A stretch of DNA of 64,000 bases from Eledone cirrhosa (Eukaryota): positions 100,812,001 through 100,876,000 of the forward strand of contig OZ024742.1 in the NCBI GenBank assembly GCA_964016885.1. Direction: 5' to 3'. The notes beneath the pieces were generated by a model. It had not been told where the DNA came from, did no database searches, and saw only the letters and a list, made by a program, of their open reading frames with translations. Each line of letters starts with the position of its first letter. The first letter of the stretch is position 1. Shown piece by piece: positions 51,501 to 64,000 of this stretch. Made by a program: the position numbers and the translations under genes.

Positions 51501-54500
51501 GTTGTGTGGTGTCCGTGATGTTGGTTATAACAGCCAGGATGGTTGTGTGGTATCTGTGATGTTGATTGTAACAGCCAGGATGGTTGTGTGGTATCTGTGA
51601 TGTTGGTTATAACAGTCAGGATGGTTGTGTGATGTCTGTAATGTTGGTTGTAACAGTCAGGATGGTTGTGTGGTGTCTGTGATGTTGGTTATAACAGTCA
51701 GGATGGTTGTGTGGTGTCTGTGATGTTTATTATAACAGTCAGGATGGTTGTGTTGTGTCTGTGATGTTGATTATAACAGTCAGGATGGTTGTGTGGTGTC
51801 TGTGATGTTGATTGTAACAGCCAGGATGGTTGTGTGGTATCTGTGATGTTGATTGTAACAGCCAGGATGGTTGTTTGGTATCTGTGATGTTGATTGTAAC
51901 AGCAGGATGGTTGTGTGGTGTCTGTGATATTGATTGTAACAGCCAGGATGGTTGTCTGGTGTCTGTGATGTTGGTTGTAACAGTCAGGATGGTTGTGTGG
52001 TATCTGTGATGTTGGTTGTAACAGTCAGGATGGTTGTGTGGTGTCTGTGATGTTGATTATAACAGTCGGGATGGTTGTGTGGTATCTGTGATGTTGGTTA
52101 TAACAGCCAGGATGGTTGTGTGGTATCTATGATGTTGGTTATAACAGTCAGAATGGTTGTGTGGTGTCTGTGATGTTGGTGGTAACAGTCAGGATGGTTG
52201 TGTGGTGTCTGTGATGTTGGTTATAACAGTCAGAATGGTTGTGTGGTGTCTGTGATGTTGGTTGTAACAGTCAGGATGGTTGTGTGGTGTCTGTGATGTT
52301 GGTTATAACAGTCAGGATGGTTGTGTGGTATCTGTAATGTTGGTTATAACAGTCAGGATGGTTGTGTGGTATCTGTGATGTTGGTTGTGTGGTGTCTGTG
52401 ATGTTGGTTATAACAATCAGAATGGTTGTGGGGTGTCTGTGATGTTGGTTGTAACAGTCAGGATGGTTGTGTGGTGTCTGTGATGTTGGTTATTACAGTC
52501 AGGATGGTTGTGTGGTATCTGTAATGTTGGTTATAACAGTAAGGATGGTTGTGTGGTATCTGTGATGTTGGTTATAACAGTCAGAATGGTTGTGTGGTAT
52601 CTGTGATGTTGGTTGTAACAGTCAAGATGGTTGTGTGGTGTCTGTGATGTTGGTTATAACAGTCAGAATGGTTGTGTGGTGTCTGTGATGTTGGTTGTAA
52701 CAGTCAGGATGGTTGTGTGGTGTCTGTGATGTTGGTTGTAACAGTCAGGATGGTTGTGTGGTATCTGTGATGTTGGTTATAACAGTCAGGATGGTTGTGT
52801 GGTGTCAGTGATGTTGGTTGTAACGGTCAGGATGGTTGTGTGATGTCTGTGATGTTGCTTATAACAATCAGGATGGTTGTGTGGTGTCTGTGATGTTGAT
52901 TATAACAGTCAGGATGGTTGTGTGATGTCTGTGATGTTGGTTATAACAGTCAGGATGGTTGTGTGGTGTCAGTGATGTTGGTTGTAACGGTCAGGATGGT
53001 TGTGTGATGTCTGTGATGTTGCTTATAACAATCAGGATGGTTGTGTGGTGTCTGTGATGTTGATTATAACAGTCAGGATGGTTGTGTGATGTCTGTGATG
53101 TTGGTTATAACAGTCAGGATGGTTGTGTGGTGTCAGTGATGTTGGTTATAACAGTCAGGATGGTTGTGTGGTGTCTGTGATGTTGATTATAACAGTCAGG
53201 ATGGTTGTGTGGTGTCTGTGATGTTGATTATAACAGTCAGGATGGTTGTGTGATGTCTGTGATGTTGGTTATAACAGTCAGGATGGTTGTGTGGTGTCTG
53301 TGATGTTGGTTGTAACAGTCAGGATGGTTGTGTGGTGTCTGTAATGTTGATTATAACAGCCAGGATGGTTGTGTGGTGTCTGTGATGTTGATTATAACAG
53401 CCAGGATGGTTGTGTGGTGTCTGTGATGTTGATTATACAGTCGGGATGGTTGTCTGGTGTCTGTGATGTTGGTGGTAACAGTCAGGATGGTTGTGTGGTA
53501 TCTGTGATGTTGGTTATAACAGTCAGGATGGTTGTGTGGTATCTGTGATGTTGGTTGTAACAGTCAAGATGGTTGTGTGGTGTCTGTGATGTTGGTTATA
53601 ACAGTCAGAATGGTTGTGTGGTGTCTGTGATGTTGGTTGTAACAGTCAGGATGGTTGTGTGGTGTCTGTGATGTTGATTATAACAGCCAGGATGGTTGTG
53701 TGGTGTCTGTGATGTTGATTGTAACAGCCAGGATGGTTGTGTGGTGTCTGCGATGTTGGTTATAACAGTCAGGATGGTTGTGTGGTATCTGTGATGTTGG
53801 TTGTAACAGTCAGGATGGTTGTGTGGTATCTGTGATGTTGATTGTAACAGCCAGGATGGTTGTGTGGTGTCTGTGATGTTGATTATAACAGCCAGGATAG
53901 TTGTGTGGTGTCTGTGCTGTTGGTTATAACAGCCAGGATGGTTGTGTGGTATCTGTGATGTTGATTGTAACAGCCAGGATGGTTGTGTGGTATCTGTGAT
54001 GTTGGTTATAACAGTCAGGATGGTTGTGTGATGTCTGTAATGTTGGTTGTAACAGTCAGGATGGTTGTGTGGTGTCTGATGTTGGTTATAACAGTCAGGA
54101 TGGTTGTGTGGTATCTGTGATGTTGGTTATAACAGTCAGGATGGTTGTGTGGTATCTGTGATGTTGGTTGTAACAGTCAGGATGGTTGTGTGGTGTCTGT
54201 GATGTTGGTTATAACAGTCAGAATGGTTGTGTGGTGTCTGTGATGTTGGTTGTAACAGTCAGGATGGTTGTGTGGTGTCTGTGATGTTGATTATAACAGC
54301 CAGGATGGTTGTGTGGTGTCTGTGATGTTGATTGTAACAGCCAGGATGGTTGTGTGGTGTCTGCGATGTTGGTTATAACAGTCAGGATGGTTGTGTGGTA
54401 TCTGTGATGTTGGTTGTAACAGTCAGGATGGTTGTGTGGTATCTGTGATGTTGATTGTAACAGTCAGGATGGTTGTGTGCTATCTGTGATGTTGATTGTA

Positions 54501-57500
54501 ACAGCCAGGATGGTTGTGTGGTGTCTGTGATGTTGATTATAACAGCCAGGATAGTTGTGTGGTGTCTGTGATGTTGGTTATAACAGCCAGGATGGTTGTG
54601 TGGTATCTGTGATGTTGATTGTAACAGCCAGGATGGTTGTGTGGTATCTGTGATGTTGGTTATAACAGTCAGGATGGTTGTGTGATGTCTGTAATGTTGG
54701 TTGTAACAGTCAGGATGGTTGTGTGGTGTCTGATGTTGGTTATAACAGTCAGGATGGTTGTGTGGTATCTGTGATGTTGGTTATAACAGTCAGGATGGTT
54801 GTGTGGTATCTGTGATGTTGGTTGTAACAGTCAGGATGGTTGTGTGGTGTCTGTGATGTTGGTTATAACAGTCAGAATGGTTGTGTGGTGTCTGTGATGT
54901 TGGTTGTAACAGTCAGGATGGTTGTGTGGTGTCTGTGATGTTGATTATAACAGCCAGGATGGTTGTGTGGTGTCTGTGATGTTGATTGTAACAGCCAGGA
55001 TGGTTGTGTGGTGTCTGCGATGTTGGTTATAACAGCCAGGATGGTTGTGTGGTATCTGTGATGTTGGTTGTAACAGTCAGGATGGTTGTGTGGTATCTGT
55101 GATGTTGATTGTAACAGTCAGGATGGTTGTGTGCTATCTGTGATGTTGATTGTAACAGCCAGGATGGTTGTGTGGTGTCTGTGATGTTGATTATAACAGC
55201 CAGGATAGTTGTGTGGTGTCTGTGATGTTGGTTATAACAGCCAGGATGGTTGTGTGGTATCTGTGATGTTGATTGTAACAGCCAGGATGGTTGTGTGGTA
55301 TCTGTGATGTTGGTTATAACAGTCAGGATGGTTGTGTGATGTCTGTAATGTTGGTTGTAACAGTCAGGATGGTTGTGTGTTGTCTGATGTTGGTTATAAC
55401 AGTCAGGATGGTTGTGTGGTATCTGTGATGTTGGTTATAACAGTCAGGATGGTTGTGTGGTATCTGTGATGTTGGTTGTAACAGTCAGGATGGTTGTGTG
55501 GTGTCTGTGATGTTGGTTGTAACAGTCAGGATGGTTATGTGGTGTCTGTGATGTTATAACAGTCAGGATGGTTGTGTGGTGTCTGTGATGTTTATTATAA
55601 CAGTCAGGATGGTTGTGTTGTGTCTGTGATGTTGATTATAACAGTCAGGATGGTTGTGTGGTATCTGTGATGTTGGTTGTAACAGTCAGGATGGTTGTGT
55701 GGTATCTGTGATGTTGATTGTAACAGTCAGGATGGTTGTGTGCTATCTGTGATGTTGATTGTAACAGCCAGGATGGTTGTGTGGTGTCTGTGATGTTGAT
55801 TATAACAGCCAGGATAGTTGTGTGGTGTCTGTGATGTTGGTTATAACAGCCAGGATGGTTGTGTGGTATCTGTGATGTTGATTGTAACAGCCAGGATGGT
55901 TGTGTGGTATCTGTGATGTTGGTTATAACAGTCAGGATGGATGTGTGATGCCTGTAATGTTGGTTGTAACAGCCAGGATGGTTGTGTGGTATCTGTGATG
56001 TTGGTTATAACAGTCAGGATGGTTGTGTGGTGTCTGTGATGTTGGTTATTACAGCGAGGATGGTTGTGTGGTATCTGTGATGTTGATTGTAACAGTCAGG
56101 ATGGTTGTGTGCTATCTGTGATGTTGATTGTAACAGCCAGGATGGTTGTGTGGTGTCTGTGATGTTGGTTATAACAGCCAGGATGGTTGTGTGGTGTCTG
56201 TGATGTTGATTATAACAGCCAGGATGGTTGTGTGGTGTCTGTGATGTTGATTATACAGTCAGGATGGTTGTGTGGTATCTGTGATGTTGGTTATAACAGT
56301 CAGGATGGTTGTGTGGTATCTGTGATGTTGGTTGTAACAGTCAAGATGGTTGTGTGGTGTCTGTGATGTTGGTTATAACAGTCAGAATGGATGTGTGGTG
56401 TCTGTGATGTTGGTTGTAACAGTCAGGATGGTTGTGTGGTGTCTGTGATGTTGATTATAACAGCCAGGATGGTTGTGTGGTGTCTGTGATGTTGGTTATA
56501 ACAGCCAGGATGGTTGTGTGGTGTCTGTGATGTTGGTTGTAACAGTCAGGATGGTTGTGTGGTGTCTGTGATGTTGGTTGTAACAGTCAGGATAGTTGTG
56601 TTGTATTTGTGATGTTGGTTGTAACAGTCAGGATGGTTGTGTGGTATCTGTAATGTTGGTTGTAACAGTCAGGATGGTTGTGTAGTGTCTGTGATGTTGA
56701 TTATAACAGTCAGGATAGTTGTGTGGTATCTGTGATGTTGGTTATAACAGCCAGGATGGTTGTGTGGTATCTGTGATGTTGGTTATAACAGTCAGGATGG
56801 TTGTGTGGTGTCTGTGATGTTGGTTATTACAGCGAGGATGGTTGTGTGGTATCTGTGATGTTGGTTATAACAGTCAGGATGGTTGTGTGGTATCTGTGAT
56901 GTTGGTTGTAACAGTCAGGATGGTTGTGTGGTGTCTGTGATGTTGGTTATAACAGCCAGGATGGTTGTGTGGTATCTGTGATGTTGGTTATAACAGTCAG
57001 GATGGTTGTGTGGTATCTGTGATGTTGGTTGTAACAGTCAGGATGGTTGTGTGGTATCTGTGATGTTGGTTGTAACAGTCAGGATGGTTGTGTGGTATTT
57101 GTGATGTTGGTTATAACAGTCAGGATGGTTGTGTGGTGTCTGTGATGTTGGTTATAACAGTCAGGATAGTTGTGTGGTGTCTGTGATGTTGGTTGTAACA
57201 GTCAGGATGGTTGTGTGGTATTTGTGATGTTGGTTGTAACAGTCAGGATGGTTGTGTGGTGTCTGTGATGTTGGTTATAACAGTCAGAATGGTTGTGTGG
57301 TGTCTGTGATGTTGGTTGTAACAGTCAGGATGGTTGTGTGGTGTCTGTGATGTTGATTATAACAGCCAGGATGGTTGTGTGGTGTCTGTGATGTTGATTG
57401 TAACAGCCAGGATGGTTGTGTGGTGTCTGCGATGTTGGTTATAACAGTCAGGATGGTTGTGTGGTATCTGTGATGTTGGTTGTAACAGTCAGGATGGTTG

Positions 57501-60500
57501 TGTGGTATCTGTGATATTGATTGTAACAGTCAGGATGGTTGTGTGCTATCTGTGATGTTGATTGTAACAGCCAGGATGGTTGTGTGGTGTCTGTGATGTT
57601 GATTATAACAGCCAGGATAGTTGTGTGGTGTCTGTGATGTTGGTTATAACAGCCAGGATGGTTGTGTGGTATCTGTGATGTTGATTGTAACAGCCAGGAT
57701 GGTTGTGTGGTATCTGTGATGTTGGTTATAACAGTCAGGATGGTTGTGTGATGTCTGTAATGTTGGTTGTAACAGTCAGGATGGTTGTGTGTTGTCTGAT
57801 GTTGGTTATAACAGTCAGGATGGTTGTGTGGTATCTGTGATGTTGGTTATAACAGTCAGGATGGTTGTGTGGTATCTGTGATGTTGGTTGTAACAGTCAG
57901 GATGGTTGTGTGGTGTCTGTGATGTTGGTTGTAACAGTCAGGATGGTTATGTGGTGTCTGTGATGTTGATTATAACAGTCAGGATGGTTGTGTGGTGTCT
58001 GTGATGTTTATTATAACAGTCAGGATGGTTGTGTTGTGTCTGTGATGTTGATTATAACAGTCAGGATGGTTGTGTGGTATCTCTGATGTTGGTTGTAACA
58101 GTCAGGATGGTTGTGTGGTATCTGTGATGTTGATTGTAACAGTCAGGATGGTTGTGTGCTATCTGTGATGTTGATTGTAACAGCCAGGATGGTTGTGTGG
58201 TGTCTGTGATGTTGATTATAACAGCCAGGATAGTTGTGTGGTGTCTGTGATGTTGGTTATAACAGCCAGGATGGTTGTGTGGTATCTGTGATGTTGATTG
58301 TAACAGCCAGGATGGTTGTGTGGTATCTGTGATGTTGGTTATAACAGTCAGGATGGATGTGTGATGCCTGTAATGTTGGTTGTAACAGCCAGGATGGTTG
58401 TGTGGTATCTGTGATGTTGGTTATAACAGTCAGGATGGTTGTGTGGTGTCTGTGATGTTGGTTATTACAGCGAGGATGGTTGTGTGGTATCTGTGATGTT
58501 GATTGTAACAGTCAGGATGGTTGTGTGCTATCTGTGATGTTGATTGTAACAGCCAGGATGGTTGTGTGGTGTCTGTGATGTTGGTTATAACAGCCAGGAT
58601 GGTTGTGTGGTGTCTGTGATGTTGATTATAACAGCCAGGATGGTTGTGTGGTGTCTGTGATGTTAATTATACAGTCAGGATGGTTGTGTGGTATCTGTGA
58701 TGTTGGTTATAACAGTCAGGATGGTTGTGTGGTATCTGTGATGTTGGTTGTAACAGTCAAGATGGTTGTGTGGTGTCTGTGATGTTGGTTATAACAGTCA
58801 GAATGGATGTGTGGTGTCTGTGATGTTGGTTGTAACAGTCAGGATGGTTGTGTGGTGTCTGTGATGTTGATTATAACAGCCAGGATGGTTGTGTGGTGTC
58901 TGTGATGTTGGTTATAACAGTCAGGATGGTTGTGTGGTATCTGTGATGTTGGTTGTAACAGTCAGGATGGTTGTGTGGTGTCTGTGATGTTGGTTGTAAC
59001 AGTCAGGATAGTTGTGTTGTATTTGTGATGTTGGTTGTAACAGTCAGGATGGTTGTGTGGTATCTGTAATGTTGGTTGTAACAGTCAGGATGGTTGTGTG
59101 GTGTCTGTGATGTTGATTATAACAGTCAGGATAGTTGTGTGGTATCTGTGATGTTGGTTATAACAGCCAGGATGGTTGTGTGGTATCTGTGATGTTGGTT
59201 ATAACAGTCAGGATGGTTGTGTGGTGTCTGTGATGTTGGTTATTACAGCGAGGATGGTTGTGTGGTATCTGTGATGTTGGTTATAACAGTCAGGATGGTT
59301 GTGTGGTATCTGTGATGTTGGTTGTAACAGTCAGGATGGTTGTGTGGTGTCTGTAATGTTGGTTATAACAGCCAGGATGGTTGTGTGGTATCTGTGATGT
59401 TGGTTATAACAGTCAGGATGGTTGTGTGGTATCTGTGATGTTGGTTGTAACAGTCAGGATGGTTGTGTGGTATCTGTGATGTTGGTTGTAACAGTCAGGA
59501 TGGTTGTGTGGTATTTGTGATGTTGGTTATAACAGTCAGGATGGTTGTGTGGTGTCTGTGATGTTGGTTATAACAGTCAGGATAGTTGTGTGGTGTCTGT
59601 GATGTTGGTTGTAACAGTCAGGATGGTTGTGTGGTATTTGTGATGTTGGTTATAACAGCCAGGATGGTTGTGTGGTGTCCGTGATGTTGGTTATAACAGT
59701 CAGGATAGTTGTGTGGTGTCTGTGATGTTGGTTGTAACAGTCAGGATGGTTGTGTGATGTCTGTGATGTTGATTATAACAGTCGGGATGGTTGTGTGGTA
59801 TCTGTGATGTTGATTATAACAGTCAGGATGGTTGTGTGGTATCTGTGATGTTGGTTATAACAGTCAGGATGGTTGTGTGGTGTCTGTGATGTTGGTTATA
59901 ACAGTCAGGGTGGTTGTGTGGTTTCTGTGATGTTGGTTATAACAGTCAGGATGGTTGTGTGGTGTCTGTGATGTTGGTTATAACAGTCAGGTTGGTTGTG
60001 TGGTGTCTGTGATGTTGGTTATAACAGTCAGGATGGTTGTGTGGTATCTGTGATGTTGGTTATAACAGTCAGGATGGTTGTGTGGTATCTGTGATGTTGA
60101 TTATAACAGTCAGGGTGGTTGTGTGGTTTCTGTGATGTTGGTTATAACAGTCAGGATGGTTGTGTGGTGTTTGTGATGTTGGTTATAACAGTCAGGTTGG
60201 TTGTGTGGTGTCTGTGATGTTGGTTATAACAGTCAGGATGGTTGTGTGGTATCTGTGATGTTGGTTATAACAATCAGGATGGTTATGTGGTGTCTGTGAT
60301 GTTGATTATAACAGTCAGGATGGTTATGTGGTGTCTGTGATGTTGATTATAAGAGTCAGGATGGTTGTGTGGTGTCTGTGATGTTGATTATAACAGTCAG
60401 GATGGTTGTGTTGTGTCTGTGATGTTGATTATAACAGTCAGGATGGTTGTGTGGTGTCTGTGATGTTGGTTGTAACAGTCAGGATGGTTGTGTGGTGTCT

Positions 60501-63500
60501 GTGATGTTGATTATAACAGCCAGGATGGTTGTGTGGTATTTGTGATGTTGGTTATAACAGCCAGGATAGTTGTGTGGTATCTGTGATGTTGGTTATAACA
60601 GTCAGGATGGTTGTGTGGTATCTGTGATGTTGGTTGTAACAGTCAGGATGGTTGTGTGGTATCTGTGATGTTGGTTGTAACAGTTAGGATGGTTGTGTGG
60701 TGTCTGTGATGTTGATTATAACAGTCAGGGTGGTTGTGTGGTTTCTGTGATGTTGGTTATAACAGTCAGGATGGTTGTGTGGTGTCTGTGATGTTGGTTA
60801 TAACAGTCAGGATGGTTGTGTGGTGTCTGTGATGTTGGTTATAACAGTCAGGATGGTTGTGTGGTATCTGTGATGTTGGTTATAACAATCAGGATGGTTA
60901 TGTGGTGTCTGTGATGTTGATTATAACAGTCAGGATGGTTATGTGGTGTCTGTGATGTTGATTATAAGAGTCAGGATGGTTGTGTGGTGTCTGTGATGTT
61001 GATTATAACAGTCAGGATGGTTGTGTTGTGTCTGTGATGTTGATTATAACAGTCAGGATGGTTGTGTGGTGTCTGTGATGTTGGTTGTAACAGTCAGGGT
61101 GGTTGTGTGGTGTCTGTGATGTTGATTATAACAGCCAGGATGGTTGTGTGGTATTTGTGATATTGGTTATAACAGCCAGGATAGTTGTGTGGTATCTGTG
61201 ATGTTGGTTATAACAGTCAGGATGGTTGTGTGGTATCTGTGATGTTGGTTGTAACAGTCAGGATGGTTGTGTGGTATCTGTGATGTTGGTTGTAACAGTT
61301 AGGATGGTTGTGTGGTGTCTGTGATGTTGGTTATTACAGCGAGGATGGTTGTGTGGTATCTGTGATGTTGATTGTAACAGTCAGGATGGTTGTGTGCTAT
61401 CTGTGATGTTGATTGTAACAGCCAGGATGGTTGTGTGGTGTCTGTGATGTTGGTTATAACAGCCAGGATGGTTGTGTGGTGTCTGTGATGTTGATTATAA
61501 CAGCCAGGATGGTTGTGTGGTGTCTGTGATGTTGATTATACAGTCAGGATGGTTGTGTGGTATCTGTGATGTTGGTTATAACAGTCAGGATGGTTGTGTG
61601 GTGTCTGTGATGTTGGTTATAACAGTCAGGATAGTTGTGTGGTGTCTGTGATGTTGGTTGTAACAGTCAGGATGGTTGTGTGGTATTTGTGATGTTGGTT
61701 GTAACAGTCAGGATGGTTGTGTGGTGTCTGTGATGTTGGTTATAACAGTCAGAATGGTTGTGTGGTGTCTGTGATGTTGGTTGTAACAGTCAGGATGGTT
61801 GTGTGGTGTCTGTGATGTTGATTATAACAGCCAGGATGGTTGTGTGGTGTCTGTGATGTTGATTGTAACAGCCAGGATGGTTGTGTGGTGTCTGCGATGT
61901 TGGTTATAACAGTCAGGATGGTTGTGTGGTATCTGTGATGTTGGTTGTAACAGTCAGGATGGTTGTGTGGTATCTGTGATGTTGATTGTAACAGTCAGGA
62001 TGGTTGTGTGCTATCTGTGATGTTGATTGTAACAGCCAGGATGGTTGTGTGGTGTCTGTGATGTTGATTATAACAGCCAGGATAGTTGTGTGGTGTCTGT
62101 GATGTTGGTTATAACAGCCAGGATGGTTGTGTGGTATCTGTGATGTTGATTGTAACAGCCAGGATGGTTGTGTGGTATCTGTGATGTTGGTTATAACAGT
62201 CAGGATGGTTGTGTGATGTCTGTAATGTTGGTTGTAACAGTCAGGATGGTTGTGTGTTGTCTGATGTTGGTTATAACAGTCAGGATGGTTGTGTGGTATC
62301 TGTGATGTTGGTTATAACAGTCAGGATGGTTGTGTGGTATCTGTGATGTTGGTTGTAACAGTCAGGATGGTTGTGTGGTGTCTGTGATGTTGGTTGTAAC
62401 AGTCAGGATGGTTATGTGGTGTCTGTGATGTTGATTATAACAGTCAGGATGGTTGTGTGGTGTCTGTGATGTTTATTATAACAGTCAGGATGGTTGTGTT
62501 GTGTCTGTGATGTTGATTATAACAGTCAGGATGGTTGTGTGGTATCTGTGATGTTGGTTGTAACAGTCAGGATGGTTGTGTGGTATCTGTGATGTTGATT
62601 GTAACAGTCAGGATGGTTGTGTGCTATCTGTGATGTTGATTGTAACAGCCAGGATGGTTGTGTGGTGTCTGTGATGTTGATTATAACAGCCAGGATAGTT
62701 GTGTGGTGTCTGTGATGTTGGTTATAACAGCCAGGATGGTTGTGTGGTATCTGTGATGTTGATTGTAACAGCCAGGATGGTTGTGTGGTATCTGTGATGT
62801 TGGTTATAACAGTCAGGATGGATGTGTGATGCCTGTAATGTTGGTTGTAACAGCCAGGATGGTTGTGTGGTATCTGTGATGTTGGTTATAACAGTCAGGA
62901 TGGTTGTGTGGTGTCTGTGATGTTGGTTATTACAGCGAGGATGGTTGTGTGGTATCTGTGATGTTGATTGTAACAGTCAGGATGGTTGTGTGCTATCTGT
63001 GATGTTGATTGTAACAGCCAGGATGGTTGTGTGGTGTCTGTGATGTTGGTTATAACAGCCAGGATGGTTGTGTGGTGTCTGTGATGTTGATTATAACAGC
63101 CAGGATGGTTGTGTGGTGTCTGTGATGTTGATTATACAGTCAGGATGGTTGTGTGGTATCTGTGATGTTGGTTATAACAGTCAGGATGGTTGTGTGGTAT
63201 CTGTGATGTTGGTTGTAACAGTCAAGATGGTTGTGTGGTGTCTGTGATGTTGGTTATAACAGACAGAATGGATGTGTGGTGTCTGTGATGTTGGTTGTAA
63301 CAGTCAGGATGGTTGTGTGGTGTCTGTGATGTTGATTATAACAGCCAGGATGGTTGTGTGGTGTCTGTGATGTTGGTTATAACAGTCAGGATGGTTGTGT
63401 GGTATCTGTGATGTTGGTTGTAACAGTCAGGATGGTTGTGTGGTGTCTGTGATGTTGGTTGTAACAGTCAGGATAGTTGTGTTGTATTTGTGATGTTGGT

Positions 63501-64000
63501 TGTAACAGTCAGGATGGTTGTGTGGTATCTGTAATGTTGGTTGTAACAGTCAGGATGGTTGTGTGGTGTCTGTGATGTTGATTATAACAGTCAGGATAGT
63601 TGTGTGGTATCTGTGATGTTGGTTATAACAGCCAGGATGGTTGTGTGGTATCTGTGATGTTGGTTATAACAGTCAGGATGGTTGTGTGGTGTCTGTGATG
63701 TTGGTTATTACAGCGAGGATGGTTGTGTGGTATCTGTGATGTTGGTTATAACAGTCAGGATGGTTGTGTGGTATCTGTGATGTTGGTTGTAACAGTCAGG
63801 ATGGTTGTGTGGTGTCTGTGATGTTGGTTATAACAGCCAGGATGGTTGTGTGGTATCTGTGATGTTGGTTATAACAGTCAGGATGGTTGTGTGGTATCTG
63901 TGATGTTGGTTGTAACAGTCAGGATGGTTGTGTGGTATCTGTGATGTTGGTTGTAACAGTCAGGATGGTTGTGTGGTATTTGTGATGTTGGTTATAACAG
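45504..64000 (+). repeat. 41-bp satellite array, right part (~450 monomers, runs off the window)
   Basis: Same monomer and orientation; it resumes in exact register after the LINE. Confidence 0.99.

Noticed and set aside
9382-64000. CRISPR-like array or repeat-encoded protein next to a reverse transcriptase
   Set aside because: Monomers are contiguous with no unique spacers and no cas genes. The 41-bp period and TGA/TAA stops close the reading frames. The RT is an ordinary RTE LINE inserted with a TSD, not a retron, DGR or CRISPR-associated RT.
9382-64000. Telomeric or centromeric identity of the array
   Set aside because: No TTAGGG repeats. Centromere function cannot be read from sequence and would need CENP-A data.

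Overview
Eukaryotic, AT-rich, repeat-dominated window. The SINE, (ATT)n/(ATG)n microsatellite and RTE LINE content look like a coleoid cephalopod (Octopus-like) genome; this is inferred from recalled repeat families, not from a search. Bases 1-9.35 kb hold three phase-compatible + strand exons that the ORF track misses. They encode the C-terminal half of a SUEL/Gal_Lectin (rhamnose-binding) domain and a complete Ig domain, amid SINEs, LINE relics, a piggyBac-type MITE and minisatellites. About 35 bp after the last exon's splice donor, a 41-bp G/T-rich satellite begins and runs to the window end (~52 kb, ~1,270 monomers) with nested kb-scale higher-order duplications. It is interrupted once by a young, 5'-truncated RTE-clade LINE (minus strand, open RT ORF with a PHD-like finger, 7-bp TSD). 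No CRISPR, rRNA or prokaryotic system is present.
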